From Candidatus Omnitrophota bacterium (GTDB taxonomy: Bacteria; Ratteibacteria; UBA8468; MWAK01), in NCBI GenBank assembly GCA_043797665.1, contig JAZDPL010000046.1:1-50194 (forward strand): a stretch of DNA of 50,194 nt, written 5' to 3'. A model generated the notes under the pieces. That model did no database searches, had not been told where the DNA came from, and saw nothing but the letters and a program-made list of their open reading frames with translations. The first letter of the stretch is position 1. Every line of letters starts with the position of its first letter. Shown in pieces: positions 49,658-50,194 of this stretch. Made by a program: the position numbers and the translations under genes.

Positions 49658-50194
49658 CTATTCTTTCCCCCGACTTACACCCGCTTCTTCAAAGGTTGCC
49701 ATTTCTACAGCCATCTTAATCGCCGCCTCAATAATCGTTGTCGCTAAAACACCGCCGGTTCCTTCACCCAGTCTCATCTGAAGTTTAAGAATCGGCTTGA
49801 GTTTCAGGGCGTCTAACAAAACCTGATGACCCCTGACCGCAGAGAGATGACCGGCAAAAAGGAAATTGGTGATGGACGGGTCTAACTTCCAGGCCAATAA
49901 GGCCGCGGCAGTGGTCGGAAATCCGTCCAGAATTACGGGAATACCCTTTTCCCCGGCACACAGAATTAAACCCGCAATCTCGCCGAAGCAGAAGGAACCG
50001 ACCTTTGCCAGAACGTCTATCGGGTCGTCCGGAGCGGGTTTATTAAAAGCGAGAGCCTTTAAAACCGCTTCACGTTTTTTCTTCAGCCCTTCCTCATCAA
50101 TACCGGTCCCGATATCCAGGACCTTGTCAATGTCAAAACCAAAAGCGACGGTAACCGCAGTCGCGGTAGTGGTATTCCCGATTCCCATATCACC
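49658..50194 (-). CDS. cobT: nicotinate-nucleotide--dimethylbenzimidazole phosphoribosyltransferase (3' part; 5' end outside the window)
   Basis: GDMGIGNTT, GTG, LDGF, GHLS..GH, MRLGEGTG, MATFEEAGVS. Confidence 0.93.
   Translation of the reverse strand, partial: GDMGIGNTTTATAVTVAFGFDIDKVLDIGTGIDEEGLKKKREAVLKALAFNKPAPDDPIDVLAKVGSFCFGEIAGLILCAGEKGIPVILDGFPTTAAALLAWKLDPSITNFLFAGHLSAVRGHQVLLDALKLKPILKLQMRLGEGTGGVLATTIIEAAIKMAVEMATFEEAGVSRGKE

Overview
Bacterial chromosomal window of roughly 45-50% GC, estimated by eye. Two H-X9-DG prepilin-like genes suggest a PVC-related or similar candidate-phylum organism; this is an inference. Most genes are on the minus strand. Content from left to right: (1) an ECF-sigma-like / zinc-finger anti-sigma / response-regulator trio; (2) a URO-D-family gene and a CBM9-like lipoprotein; (3) holB, tmk, a radical SAM gene, priA, radC, aroE, argC; (4) an arabinose cluster (araD, GH127, GH51, araB, xylose-isomerase-like gene, SrlD-like SDR) with no araA; (5) an N-domain-less clpB, pdxJ, cdaA, hisC, trpS, tRNA-Ala(TGC) and a lipoate ligase gene; (6) a 5' half of tRNA-Thr(CGT) next to a roughly 9 kb carbohydrate locus (URO-D, GH36-like, GH66-like, prepilin-like, GntR/LacI regulator); (7) uvrA and xseB; (8) a cobinamide salvage / B12 uptake operon (cobT partial, cobS, cbiB, cobD, cobQ, Dph6-like, btuFCD, cobO) ending in a prepilin-like gene. 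The most unusual signal is a layered set of small palindromic elements: GTAG-type REP doublets that supply stop codons or sit in-frame in enzymes; a GTCATTCCCGC doublet present both empty and loaded with a GIY-YIG nuclease gene; two 272/273-bp TIR elements with 3-bp target duplications; and a recurring ~26-31-bp hairpin-plus-ACCCG unit found inside four different host repeats.
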